In this document: piece after piece, positions 1 to 13,462 of the stretch
Numbering within the stretch: position 1 is the first letter of the stretch
How the letters are laid out: every line of letters starts with the position of its first letter
DNA from: Amoebophrya sp. A120
Lineage: Eukaryota > Protista > Dinoflagellata
Direction of reading: 5' to 3'
Length of the DNA stretch: 64,000 nt
Assembly: GCA_905178155.1 (NCBI GenBank)
Contig: CAJINV010000008.1
Coordinates: forward strand, 3,807,420 to 3,871,419
Translations under genes and position numbers: made by a program
The notes under the pieces: generated by a model
What the model was told of the DNA's origin: nothing
What the model saw: the letters and a program-made list of their open reading frames with translations, nothing else
The model's database searches: none

Positions 1-322
1 CCGGAGGCCGGCAAATTTGATGGACGAGCAAACACCGGTGGTGCGACAATTGGTCGTGGATCGAAATGTGCGGAGAAGTACGTGCCTTTCCCGGTCGAGT
101 AGCTCCGGTGAGGGTCGTATGCAGGGAAAAACCGCCATGATCCCCATCCATTTTTTGTTTGATAAAACATAAACACTTGATGAGGTACTTACTTAAATGG
201 GTGCGCCTCATTGATTCTTCATCCTCGGGCTGGGGGATAGAGTAGCACGCAGCTGTCTGCCAAATAACGGCACACTGTCAACATCGTCATCACTGGACTT
301 TACGTTTACGCATGAATTTGGC

Positions 323-3300
323 ATGAAAAATTCGATGGGGATCATGGGTCTTTTTGTGTGGATAGGTCGGCGATCGGTCACTGCGGGAGGAGGTGCTGGA
401 ACGAACCGCAACGCGACAGGCACGGCAGCTGCGGGGGTCGTGGCCGCGGACCAGTCCGCGCGGGGACTGCATCATGTGAGCTGCTGTTTTCCTTCGATCC
501 CGTGTGCCATAGACGAGAAGCAGGTGGCCGATATGATGTTGTGTAAAAAGAGATCTAGTGCTCACTGTGGTGGACGAACAAGCGGTTTTGCGTCCGCGCG
601 GAGTAGCTACCGGATGGACCAGGTGAGTGAACACTCTGTCGAACAGAGCGGGACTGCTCATTGCGGTAGTGGTGCGAAGGAGCACGGAGAAGTTGGAATC
701 GATCCCGGGCGCGGGCCGCACCACTACACGAACAACACTGCAGCTGGCTCCACCTTCGTAGTGCCAACGCAGCGTTTTGGAGCTGAACGGGATAATTGCG
801 TTCCACTACATGACGAGTCCACGCCCACTTTTGACGGCACGGCTCCTGATCATGGTGGGGAAAACCTAATGAAAAACACTGGAAATTTATTGCAGAATAA
901 TACAGAGGGTCTTGATGTTGCGGTTGCGCGGGTAAGTGGAACATTATCTGCGGACCACGCCACGACCGAGCAACAAGGTAAAGGTTCTTTGCAACAAACA
1001 TTGAGCGGCCCTCCAATTGGTGTAGCAGCAGGAGCAATTTTTCGGGACACGGACTCCGCACCAACAGCAGTCGACTCCAACGATAATTTTTCCGACGCGG
1101 AGCAGGCCCCCGGCACGACTTCTGTTCCTCCATCCAGCCAAACCGCTCTCCTGAAGCAGCTTTTTGCGGATGAAGAGGATCCGGCTGGGTTTGGATACAC
1201 GCCCAACAATGTTGGTGCCAATCAAAACAACCGCGGAAATAATTTTAAGAACTGCTACGGTTTCGCGCCACCCAACGAACAGGAGGATTACCTGCAGGCG
1301 AGGTTTCGGGAAGAGATTACCATGATGAAGAGCTTGGACCACCCGAGTATTTGCAAACTTTACGATGTTGTGGAGGACGACTTTTCGATCTTCCTCGTCA
1401 TGGAGTATTGCGACGGGGGGGAACTAAACGACAAAATTGACGACGACAGCCTATTACCGGAACATGAGTCCTTGCAGATTGTCAAGCAGGTGGCCCAAGG
1501 TACGGAACGGAAAATTTTGAAAGAGTTACTTATGTCATAGGGTGTTCTTCATTTCAGAAATGAGAATGAGAATCTTTATCGGATATGCGGCCTACGCCTA
1601 AGTGAACCCAAAAACAACATATTGCCATTGCGTCGCATGATTTTTGCATTTCTTTGGTTTTGCATTTGCACGGCAACTACAATACGAGAAAGAATCAGAA
1701 TCATAAAATCCAAACCCATACACCGCAGGTCTTCGCTACTGCCACGAGCAGAATATTGTCCATCGCGACATCAAGCCGGAGAATATCCTGTTCAAAAGCA
1801 GCAAAAGCGCTTCCAACTACCAGCAGAAGAGTTATGCGGGCGACCACGAGAGTTCTTACGTAACCCGCGAAGATCGAATGCTGCACAACAACATCTCCAA
1901 GAACGGTGTGGTTCCAAATCCAATGAAGAAGGAGCAAGATAACTTTGTGAAGCTGATCGATTTTGGCATTGCCAGCTGGAATAACTCGCTCACAAACGAG
2001 TTTCGCGTTGGGACGTATGCGTACGTTTCTCCAGAAGTGCTCGATACGCAGCACCGCGACCTGGACCACAAAGTTGACATTTGGGCGCTCGGAGTGGTAA
2101 GTACAACCTACACCAGTAGAAAATTCATAATTGTTTTTTTTTTTTGCTGGTATATTAGCTCCTCGTCTTCTTGTTGACGATTTACACCCTCCTTTCCCCA
2201 ATCGATACTAGGTGATGTACGTGATGCTCTCGGGTTTGATGCCTTTTGCTGGCCCCAGTTGTTGCAGCGACATCGTGAAAGGCAACTTTCAACCGCTGAC
2301 CGGCGCCGTGTGGGAAAACGTTTCGGGGGAGGCCAAGGATCTATTGCGGCATCTGTTGGAAGTGGATCCAGAGAAACGATTTTGCGCACAACAGGTAGTG
2401 GATATTTTGGCTTCTTCTGACTTGTTTTAATGCTCTTGCTGCCTTAATAGCATTGTGGCTGCTTGCTTTTTTAACAGCTGCATTGATTCGTGTCATTCTC
2501 ATTCGAGGATTTATTTCGCTTGACAAGCTGCTGGACCTCAACAGCGACGGCCTGAGATGAAAGCTCGGCGCTGTGGTTTTCCCATTTCTTCATCTTCTAC
2601 TATGAGCTTATTGACCACTTCATTCCTTATCGTTATCCTTGCTCGTTGGTCTACTTGCAGGTACTGGATCATCCCTGGTTCAAGACTTCGTCTGCACATC
2701 AATACCTGTACTACTACAACCCGAGTGGTCACAACTTCCATCAACCCCCGAAACCGCTAACCTGCTATGCATTGCATGCAAAAGTATCGTACTCCTTAGT
2801 ATAAAATGCATTACAAATTTTCCCAAGAAAAAAATTCAATTTGTCATGCTATTTCAGGTAGAAGCTCGGATTTGTCATGCATATCTGCAATTAGTACGAG
2901 TGCGATACTTTTGCACAGGATACCTGCCCGCAGACGGCGAAGAACTACGCGCGGACCCTGAAACTGCTCAACCGGCTGAAGCGGTTTCAATCGCTGTCGC
3001 TTTTCCGATATGCATTGCAAAAGTATCTATCGTACGTAGTATAAATTGCATTACAAATTTTGGCAAGAAGGAAAGTGGAATTTGTATATGCTGTTTTGCC
3101 TTAGGAAAGAAATTTGTCATGCATATTTGCAATTAGTACGAGTGCCATACTTTTGCACAGGATATCCGACGGCTGACCCTCACCATCATCGCGATCAAGA
3201 TCGTGCTATCAAATGTAAAAGTGTCTGGGTCTGGAAGATGAATGCAACTTGTGATGCTGCATTTGGATTCCAAAAAAATGTGTATTGCGTGAGTACCTAC

Positions 3301-6300
3301 CAAAGGGAATGCAATTTTTGCTACGCTGAGAACGCATTTGTCATACGGAAAACGCATCAAGAAGCCCTCAAAAAATCTGTATTGCTAGGGTATGCATCAC
3401 AGACATCATGGCTCATGCAAAACGTGCATGACAAGTGTCAGAATCTTCCAGACCCAGACATTTTTACATTTGATACGTGCCGGACCTCGCCCCCGTGCGG
3501 CACCTCTTCCACGAGATGGACACGAACAATGACGGTGTCGTGTCCGCTGAGGAATTCTGCACGTTGTGGCTGAAATACGACGACAATCAACAATCTTCAT
3601 CTTGTTCATCCGGAACCACCACAAGCACTTCTAGTACTTTATTGCCAGCACCGGTTGCTGGTGGTGCTGCTGCTGGTGTGGTTGCCCATCTTGCACCAGC
3701 TGGAGGAGATCCTTTGCCGCTTTCACCTGGAGTAGTTGTCGATGATGTAGATGTTCTTGGCACTCGACGTCCCGGAGCAGGAGCGGTTGCTGCACACCGT
3801 CTAGAGGAAGCAGAGCCGTCGACAAGTTCTGCATCTGCGCCAACTGGCGCGACGTCGATTTTCAGTTGTACTGGTTCGGATAAAAATCATGCCTGTTCTG
3901 ACGAAAAGGAAAACGAAAAGGCAGGGGCCGCAACTACACATGGTAGTGATGATCATGATTCTGATTGTCCAGCTTGTGTAGAGTCTGCTTCACACGAGGA
4001 CCTGTGCGTCCTGCCTAGCGACATACTAGATAACCACAGCTACCACCTTGCTTCGCCAGATCCGATTGTGCCTGGCGCTGATAATTATTACGAGCAAGTG
4101 GGCGACGCAGTTGCACTTCCTCATCATCAGCATAATCAACAAGAATATCCGCTCGTCTCTGCAATACCGATAGCCGAGTCCTCGTCCACTAGCTCCGGGC
4201 AAACGCCGCCGCTAGAAATACCTTGTTCCGGGAAAGTGACACGAGGACCCACGTCTGGAGCAGGTAATAATTACACAAAGCGAGGGACCGCAGACCGTGA
4301 AACAAGGGACGAGAACCTCACCCCTCCCCCCCGCACAAGCACACGAATGACCATCCAGCAACATGCAAATCTGCAGCTTCACCAGGAGCAGTTGCAGCAA
4401 CTGCAAGTCGCTGCGAGAATGGGAATCAACCTGATGCACCATCCGGGGGGCGGTGGTTTGAGCAGAGCCGGATCGCAGCCGGATTTATTTCGCCAGGTGC
4501 GGACCACCACGGGAGACGAGCAGGCTTCGCACGAGGTGAGTCAACATCTGGTTTCCGGTGAGGCGACGAATTCATCAATTGATCTTCGACACAGGGAGAT
4601 CGCGGGCACTGCCGCGTCATCGACCACGGTCGACTACCACTTACAAGAGGATGTACTAGTTGATGAGTTTCTACTGCCTGACAACTGTGAAAAGAGCAAG
4701 AGCGCCGGGGTTAAGAGCTTGAATTCGGAGCAGCGCACCATCTCTACAGCGACCGGACAAGACACGATGACGTCCTACCCTTCGTGCTCTCTGCTGGAAA
4801 GCAGCCCTTCAATGCTCTCGACAACCGCGGGGACCACTAGGACGACTGCCAACACCAGCAACACTCTGTTTTCCGCTTATCTCAAAAGTTGCAGTTATGC
4901 TGCGTGTTCCGCCTCGTCCGGAACGTTGATGCTGAACAAGAACCCCAAGAACGATGGTGGAGATTATAGATCAACTTCAACCGCGCTACTGTTCCCGGAC
5001 GGTCAAAATGCAGCCAGTCCTTGTGCGGTCTCCGGAGTTCTTGGGATGTCGTTTGACCACCAGCATCCCGTACTGTTGCTGGAAGAAGACACGGCGGTGT
5101 CCGGCTACACATCATGTGCAGGAGCATCGTCAACACCCTCCTGCTCCGACGCAAGAAGCGGAACCAGTGATATGGATGTCCACCAAACAAGTACGAGTCA
5201 GGTTCGTGGCAGCTGTCCGCCGCGCGGCCGGGGGAAGGCGCAGATGATGAAGCCGCGGCGCAGCCGCGCCACCGGCCCTGTTGGATCAATGCAAGTGTGT
5301 GAAGACGAGGAGGAAGGCGACGCGGTCGAGAGACTCAGTGAGAAACAGCTAGCGGTATCTTCGAATGTTGCGAACCAAAAGGGTCGCAAGAACGACGGTA
5401 CTATGACCGCAAGCGAGGACAGAAACTTTAATTCACAGGAGAAATGTACAAGCGATGAAGCCGGCGAGCCACAACTCGATTACCTGCGCGGGAGCAACGC
5501 TCCTGCAGATGAACTACCGGAAGTAGGTGATGACGATATTGCTCCAGGGCTGCACGACACACATGGAGGTGCGGCCGCTGACGCGACCTCGAAATCCACC
5601 AACTCGACGTCTTCTCCGACGAAAACTCTGACTCTCACCCCTGCGACTCGTTTGCCGATTCCCTCGCCCAACAGTGTGGTCTCGACCAGCGCTCCCACGA
5701 CTAGCTCTAGTCCATGCAGTAACTTGTCGGCAAAAAGCATGTTTAACACGCGTTCGGGCTGGGACACGCTGTTGACAATGAACAGCAGTAGTTCATCAGC
5801 ATCCACTAGTACCACTTGTAATAACCACTCAGCAGGTGGTAGTTCCTTCCAAAATGGCACTTCTTCCAAGCCCAATTATACCAGTTCACAGTTTATAATT
5901 CACAACAACGCCGCGCAATACATGGGTGGAGACTCCACGTCCAAAAGTCGAAGTACAACCTCCACCTCCGCCGGCGCCGCCACGTGCACCAATCTGGACG
6001 GACGGTTCAACTTGGTCGCGCATCCGGAGAGCACCAGTTGTGCTGCTGTAACAAATAGCACGAGTGCATCAGCTACCAGTACCACACGTAGTACTACTGC
6101 GTCTGCGGCCTCGAGCTCAAACGGACACGGAGCGCCTTCTGCGGATATTGATGGCAGTAAAAGTAGAACTTTAACGACCCAGCACGACTCCTCATCTACG
6201 AAGCCTGGCAGCGCTGCCGGTCGCGCGCAGCCAGGCCGCATTCATCTGGGAAGAGAAACCGAGGGCGCTTTATTGTTCTGCGCCACTCGTGATCATGGTG

Positions 6301-9300
6301 CCGCAATGCCGCAGCTTCTGCAACCCGGAACAGTGCTGTCTCTCGCTTCCGCTGGAAATGAGATTGCACAGCAGGAACGTCGTGCTGTCACTGCCGCGCA
6401 GACGTCTTCTACCGGACGAGCAGTAAAGTGCGAACAAACGCAGCACGACAGGAGTGACGGCTTGGTACCGTTTTTTGAAGATGAAGGCAAGTTCCGTGAC
6501 GAGAATAATAGAGCAGAGGACGTTGACAGCTGCGTCGTGCTATGAAATGCAAAAGCATCGTATTAGTAGTAATCGCATTACAAATTTGCTCAGCATGACG
6601 AATGGAATTTCTCATTCTGATTTACCTTGAAAAAAAGATTTGTCATGCATAAATGCGATTACTACGAGTACGATACTTTTGCACAGGATACGTGCCAACC
6701 AAAACGCCAGAGATGGTGCGGATTTCTTCGGGGTTCTTCGAAAGCGCCGCGCTTATCACACCCCCGTGCAAGAAGAGAAGGCGGCCCGCGGCGATCAAAA
6801 CCAGAACCGCTGGAGGCACAAGCGAAGATAAAAATTATCCATCCGCCCCCGGAGCTGTTGAACATGCGGATCATGCTGTTTTTGGTTCTTCTACTCCTCC
6901 GCACGATGGTGGCGGGAACAGCGTTTCAGCAGCAGGCCCCCGAATATTAAACAGTAGCAGGCCCTGCTCCTCTCCTGAGCCGGAACAAGATTTTGATACC
7001 TGTCGTTTCCCTTCGTCGACACCGATGTTGACGCGGCTGACGGATAGCTCTAGGACGTCCTCTTTGATATCCTCGTCAGACGGACGCAACAGCCACAGGC
7101 CCTGTGATCATGCCCAAGTTCTTGGGATCCATGTTGACGACGAGGCCGATCACGAAGAAGATGATCTGGCAGACGTTGACCCAAGAACGGCTCCACGGCT
7201 ACCGCTCATGCCAAACGAAGCTCACAGAAATCCAAATCTTGAAATCACCTCGGACCTGCCTCCAGGCTTCAGTATTCTCGGCCCGGCCTCGCAGCCTCTA
7301 CTGCGCGGATTCGTGCCCCCCATCGCAGAGGAAGCGGACTTAGAAGAAGAGCTGACCAGCCCGGTTCTGTTGCAGTGCCGCTCTCTCACCGGGTCCGCGC
7401 GGGTTATTATGGACGAGGAGCAGGTCGTCAAGGGTGCTGTCATGATACCACCGTCAGGGACGAGTTCATCTTGTTCGGCTTCGGGCGTGGAACTAGAAGA
7501 CACTGCAGATGCAGAAGTAGGACGAGCGGAATCGGAAAGGGCGTCCCGTGCGTCAGACCACACTGACATCGCCAGTGGCACTTCCTCGGGCGTCCGAACC
7601 AATTATGAAGAAGATGCGCCTACTTCTTCTTCATCAACTACTTGCCCCGCGCCGTTTCTTCACAGCGAAGGTAAGACGCCAATCGGGACGAGAACGTCAT
7701 CAAGTGGTTCATCATCTAGAGGTAGCTTGATGCAGCTCGTCAGCGGTCAAAGCCTCCCCTCGCACCCAGACCTGCAGGTTTTCACACCTCTGAAAGAGAT
7801 CACCTCTAGCACGACCACTACCTTCTTGAGTGATTTCGGAGGCTCGAAGCCGGAGGACCACGGAGCAGCCCTCATGCCAGACGAAAGTCCAGCCGGTGCT
7901 AAAGACATCTTGTTCAACGGGGCCGAGAGTCGTGAAAATGTTATAGTGCCACTTCTGGTAGAAGTTGCACCTAGTAGTAGTGCTGCGACGACCACCGGAA
8001 CAAATTCTTGTGTTGTACAAGTGGCCGCAGGTCGTGATGCTGATCCAGCAGTAGCGGCCCCAGCGCAGGCACTCACTGGAACTCCCTCGAAGATGAACGC
8101 CACCCCGAGCGGTCAAGACTTGCTGAGCTCGGCCAACCTTTCCTCGGCCCCAATCAAAACGACGTCCTGTTCGCTGACCAGGCTTTGCAGCACCACGACT
8201 GCTGCAGACGAGCTGATGGATGGTGGCAATGCGAGTGGTACCTCCAAGAAAACATCGACCGGTAGTGGGCTACAAGACGAGTCAGCTGCTAGTTGTACAA
8301 CAACACCAGCTGCAGCTTGTTCATCAGCGTCGACAACTGCAGCTGTAAATAATTGCAGCACGACGACTTGCGACGTCTACGTCGAGAAGAAAGTGACCAA
8401 CAAGATGAAACAAGCGTCAAGGTCAACCGAAGACGGAGGTGGGGATGATGATGACGAACTGGAACTGGACGAACTGCAAGTGGAAACTACAGAAGACCGG
8501 CGACGGAGCAAGCAGCGGGCAATGGAGGTGTTTGCGTCTCTTGATTTCAACCAGGAGAATTGCCTCCACTATACGCAGCTTGTAGCGGGCGTGATTAACG
8601 ATAAAGCGGTCTTGGAAAACGATGAGATCATGTGGGAAGTGTGGCGCGAACTCACCTGCTGCAAGAGAGATGAGAAAGAGCAGGTGGAACTCAACATCCA
8701 CGGAATAAACGAGCAGAAAGATGAACAGGACGACCGCGAAGGAGCTGGGGCCGCCGTGGGGCTTGAGGATAGAAGTACTAGCGCCGTCAATATTCACGAC
8801 GAACACGACGACGCTCAGGTGAGAGATCATGTCGATCCCGATCCTGAACACGAAGTGGTGAAGATGGACATCTTTAAGAAACACACGACAAGAACGATGT
8901 CGCCAGCAGCAGCTCCACTGGCACCACAGCAGATCTCGACGTCCACACAAATAACTCAACCACCGTATAAGTCGTGCACGACGACCAAGCAACGCCACAG
9001 CCAGAGGGATTTGATCCAGGCGGAGGACTTCATACACTTTCTCGGCGAATGTTTTCGCAAAGAGCTCGAGGAGGAGTGGAAGCGCGAGACCGGTAGCGTG
9101 GAGGCACAGCTGAGTTATGACGAATTCAAGAAGTTGCTGATTTACGGACAACATAATGACGGCGGCGGGGGCTCTTCTACTTGCGGTCCGAGTAATGCAG
9201 CAGGATCATCTTCTTGTTCCAGCGCTTCTTGTTACACTGCATATTGTGCTGGAAGTGGTGCTGGGGGTGCGGCTACCACGACGGCCGCCGCTGCTGCAGC

Positions 9301-10618
9301 TCATCTGGCACAGCACCAATATCCTACCAATCCTGCTCTTCCGACTTCTGCAGGTGGCTGTTATACTACGAGAAACTTCTACAACACAGGAGCGTCGGCG
9401 TCAAGAGTGTCGCAATCGATATTCCAGCCTACAACAACCGATGCACAGGGACCTCCAGGCTCCCCTTCCTGCTCTTTTGGGAACAGCGCAGCTGCACCCA
9501 CAAGCACGAACTTGAAAACACAAGAAGAAGAACAACACCAATTCTTGCACTTGTATCCGTCGGCGCAGCGAGTTTCGGTCTGCTCCGGGCTGCTGCCGAA
9601 TTATCCTGCTTCTAGTACCCCGAAACTACAGAGCGCCGCTGGCTCTAGTCTGATGTCTTCAAGTGGGCATGATGTCGAAGATGATCAGCAATTTTACAAG
9701 AACGTGAGCTCTACTTTGTCCACCGCGTCTTCGTCTTCAGGCCGCGAGGAGCGGGAGCGCTGGCTGGCCAAAAAGGAACCGAACATGAACAGCGCAGGAG
9801 CAGAATCTTCTGTGGGGTCGTCGTTGTTCCATGATGAGATAAACCTGAAGCGAGTAGTAAATGCAGATTTTAGAAGTAGAAACAAGAACTGTAGCGGGTG
9901 GAGGACGACTACAGCCAGAGCGAGCGTTGAAATTGAAGCTGAGGGTGAAGATCCTTCACTTCGCAAGAATAACGACGCCAGGAGAAGTGCCACGACTGCA
10001 GCTCATGCCCCCCCGACGACCGTCTTTTGCGGCGCGCCTCAAGAACTACACAGCTGCAAGGCTAGATCTTCGCCTGCTGCGTCGTGCTCGGGAGTTGATG
10101 TTCATGGGACCTCCACGACGACCACTGCGATAGTGAGAAGTAACAACGTTGGCGAAACTTCTAACCGAAGCGGCGGGTCATGGTCAACAAGTTCGAGGGT
10201 GCGGCGACATTTCATGCAGCAGAAAACAGGAGCTTTTCAACATCTTCCTGGCGCACCAGATGAAGAAAGCAGACTTATGTCACAACCCAATCTTCTACTT
10301 CATCACTCGAGCACTCGTGATCAGGTAGAAGATAGGCGAGTGCTAGAACAAGCACAGCGTGGTCAGGACGCAAGCTCCTCGCGTAGTGACCATAAGCGAC
10401 GCAGTGCTGCTGCAATCAGCTTTTATCCACCGGCGGTGACTCCACGGGGAAACTACTACGCAGCTAACGCCGGAGGAGCGACCAACTATCCTAATCCGCC
10501 ACGTCCGCGCGTGCGGAGCCGCAGTAACTTCCGTGACAGAGCGGTGAGCACGGACACAATGTTTCACGAAGCTTTGTATACCCCAAAAATCCCGAAACAC
10601 AATCCAGCATTTTTCTAA
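323..10618 (+). CDS. Giant calcium-dependent protein kinase (CDPK-like); 5' end may lie upstream of 323 or of the window
   Basis: Exons 323-1499, 1729-2096, 2212-2394, 2661-2765, 2928-3008, 3170-3206, 3481-6540, 6696-10618 (8934 nt, in frame). GT-AG introns 1500-1728, 2097-2211, 2395-2660 plus four TIR elements. Motifs: [65 protein letters not shown]; junction [19 protein letters not shown]; EF-hand [13 protein letters not shown]. No clear Gly-loop or VAIK lysine found. Confidence 0.88.
2766..2922. mobile_element. Introner-like TIR element, family A
   Basis: Direct repeat CCTGC at 2761-2765 and 2923-2927; ends TAT...ATA; TGCAAAAGTATCGTACTC versus reverse complement of GAGTGCGATACTTTTGCA (17/18). 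Removal gives PLTC|PQTAKNYAR. Confidence 0.92.
3009..3164. mobile_element. Introner-like TIR element, family A
   Basis: Direct repeat TCCGA at 3004-3008 and 3165-3169; TATGCATTGCAAAAGTAT ... ATACTTTTGCACAGGATA. Removal gives LSLFR|RLTLTIIA (CDPK junction). Confidence 0.92.
3207..3475. mobile_element. Introner-like TIR element, family B
   Basis: Direct repeat CGTGC at 3202-3206 and 3476-3480; 33-bp TIR TATCAAATGTAAAA(G/A)TGTCTGGGTCTGGAAGAT (32/33). Removal joins IKIV to [10 protein letters not shown] and EF-hand 1. Confidence 0.95.
6541..6690. mobile_element. Introner-like TIR element, family A
   Basis: Direct repeat CGTGC at 6536-6540 and 6691-6695; TATGAAATGCAAAAGCATCGTA ... TACGATACTTTTGCACAGGATA. 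Removal fuses ORFs 3477..6545 and 6653..10618 in frame. Confidence 0.92.
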
Positions 10619-13462
10619 GGAACTACAATTTGGATAAAACCTCGTCGTCTCTCCGTGTCGGGCTCGGCGACTCGACAAATTCATACATCAGGTTGTATCC
10701 CGAAATATCAATACGAATACTCAGAAGTATTTCGCGACCCTTTGTGGCCGTCACGGATAGCCGATAGCGACAACATCTTTACCATCTTTCGTGACGTAAG
10801 TTCTTTCCATAAAACCCTTTCTCACTGATACAATTTTTGATACTTGACGTTGGCACAGAGAACACCTAGCAAAAACCAAACGACCCAAGTTAACGAGTTT
10901 TTTATTGAATAGGATGTGCCAAACTTCTCGCGCAACTTGCCCTTGGAGGAAAAAAAATCTATCATGGGCGGTGCGGGCTATCCTTCACTTACACTGCGAA
11001 ACTTTAACAACAATTCTCAACACTTTGATACGAAACAATTATCACGTTCACTTTAACTGATTTATACGAAAATAACTTGAGCAAATACTTACACTGACAC
11101 AATGACATTGATGATAAAATACTTCTCGTCCTGAACTAACGTAAAGCTGGTTTCAGTTTCTACGCGTGCTATTATTTCAACACAAATAGAAGGCGAAAGC
11201 TAGCTGTTCTTGTTATGTCCTTTTTTTTTTGCGAGTGTGGCGATTAAGTATAAGTATGCCGTCCCGTGAGTGAAAATCGAGAATACGAGTAGTAGCTATA
11301 CGGTGTCGGGTCTCTCGGCGATATCTATTAATCGTGGTTACCAGAACTGATTAGAAAATATTTACTGTTGCCGAGGATAATTTCACGATTGTAAAAATAC
11401 AGAGCATGTCGGAACGAAGCCTGATACGTACAGTTTTTTTTTTACGAAAAGCTAATATGCCGCAATCAAATTTCTGCTCAACAGCAGAGTCAGAGGCGAC
11501 GCTCAGAAAATCAGCGATATTTATTATTGAAAGCCGCAAACTGGTTTCGTATTGATAAGTAGATAGAGCACGACATTTTGATATTGCCGCAGGAGCACGA
11601 CAAGACCGCGACCAAATAAATCTATCCCGGGTAGTACCTAAAAAGAAGTTTTCACTTTCAAAATCCGTTTTCCGTCGAGAAGCGAGACTTGGTGGCCTGC
11701 TACTTACTTTGAAGAGTTTCACTTGTATCTATATGTAAAACTAAAAACAAATCGATCAACATCTCGAGCATGAATTTTTCAACTGCTACGTCATATTAAT
11801 GTATTGGCACGACACGACCTGCTACAAGAACTCAGAATCACAATGATAATAATTTGGGAAGAAGTACTAGTACTACATCGGATATGTTCAGTATCGTCAT
11901 TCAGCACGCTATCCCTCTCTTGTCTTTCTTTTGCTTTCTATCGTCAAATAAGAATGAAACAATTCCACAGCGAACTCTGTTTGTTTCGTTTAACTAACTT
12001 GTTGTTACAAAAAGTGGACGCCACGCTGAGAGAAGACGGTGCAGTTCTATGTTTGGCTTTGAGAAACTGAAACAGGAAGCGACGACTGAGCAGCTCCGGT
12101 AACACTAACAACTTGGCACTAACAGCTCCACCCGTAGCCGGCGCCGCAGAAGCCAAGAAAACCAAAACCGCCTGTCTTTCTCTTCCACATCGTCTTTTTC
12201 GTTGATGATGCTCGACATCCTTATTTGTTTTTTCTTTACCACACTGATAGTTGTATGGCAGTACGAGTTCTTCTTCTTCTTCTTCTTCATACGGCAGTCT
12301 TTGTCCTCGTGGTCGCCACCAAGACCAGAGTACTACCGACGGTTATGTTACATGACGAGAGCTGACAACTGCAACATATTTATGTAGAGTCAGCAAGCAG
12401 CGTAGAAATAATGTTCTCCATTGAAAATGAATGCGGCAACAGATGAATGCGATCGTGTTTTATTGCAGGAGCAAACACCTACTTCAGGCTCTACTTGCAG
12501 CTGATAGAAGAAGCACAACTGTTGACAGCTACGTGGCCCATGAGACGTTAGCTCTTCATAGTCAGCACGCCCTTCATCGAATATTTGATCAGCACCACTC
12601 AAGGAGAAGATGCAGAAAATAGATGGAAATGGCATTTTTTGAAAAGAAAGACACGGGTGAGCCGAAGAAAAAGATGAAAATTTAAATCTGAGGAAGCACG
12701 ACCGTCGCACTGATAAATGAAATTCAAATTGGCTCGAAAGAATTATCCATTGCATGAAAAAGGAAGAACAAAAATCTTTTTCCATGTATTGGAAGACCGA
12801 GGTTTCCCGCCTAAGTGACAACAAGGAAGGATCCATATCAAACAAGTACAAGCACATGATATTATTCATGGTGAAGAAGAAGATGCTATTCGTAGATGAA
12901 GTATTTCGGGCACTAGTTGTGTTGTTCCGTCGCAGCGGTGTTATTTTTCGATCCATAACGAGCCAAGCAATCTGTTTTTGGACGGACGGTGTACCTGGTC
13001 TACAACCCTTTCGACGCACAACGCCCGAATCCAGGCACAGTATCTTTCTTGGAACCGAATATGAATACCCGAAGAGCTTTGCTTAACCACATACGTACAA
13101 AAACCCTGCTCCAGCTAGAACATTAAGCTTACCCCTGCATTTTGCTGTTTGAATTTGAAGCCGCAGGTCGTTTATTTTCCTTCAGCAACTATCTAACAAA
13201 ACCTTAGAAGGCGGCATCTACATCTTTCATCGTTTTGGAGTCCTTCGTTTCTACACATCAGCATCAACATCTGCACGACCCTCCATTCAACAGGCAAGAT
13301 CAAGCACTCATTTTCTGTCGTGCTGCTCGTGTAATTTCAACTGAAGATCGAGATCTGACGCTATTGGATCAGCAAAATTTCCTTGCAAGAAGAAAGCAGT
13401 ATCCATTTGGAAGATTTTTTCGCGGGAGGTGACGCCAGTTGAAAAAGCTAAACCGCTCGAAA

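Noticed and set aside
40-100. ATIGRGSK as the kinase glycine-rich loop
   Set aside because: It lacks the GxGxxGxV pattern, the frame closes at about 100, and I could not link it to the kinase exons with confidence.
2766-3475. Repeat-spacer-repeat pattern resembling a CRISPR array
   Set aside because: The repeats are inverted TIRs, the spacers are in-frame exons, the context is eukaryotic and there are no cas genes.
2639-3573. ORFs with recurring peptides such as VRYFCTGY and LPDPDIF
   Set aside because: These are translations of the element TIRs, not a protein repeat family.
10620-13460. Short ORFs in AT-rich intergenic regions (also 56800-59320)
   Set aside because: No coding-like composition or motifs; no tRNA, rRNA or snRNA recognised by eye, though a covariance-model search would be needed to exclude ncRNA.
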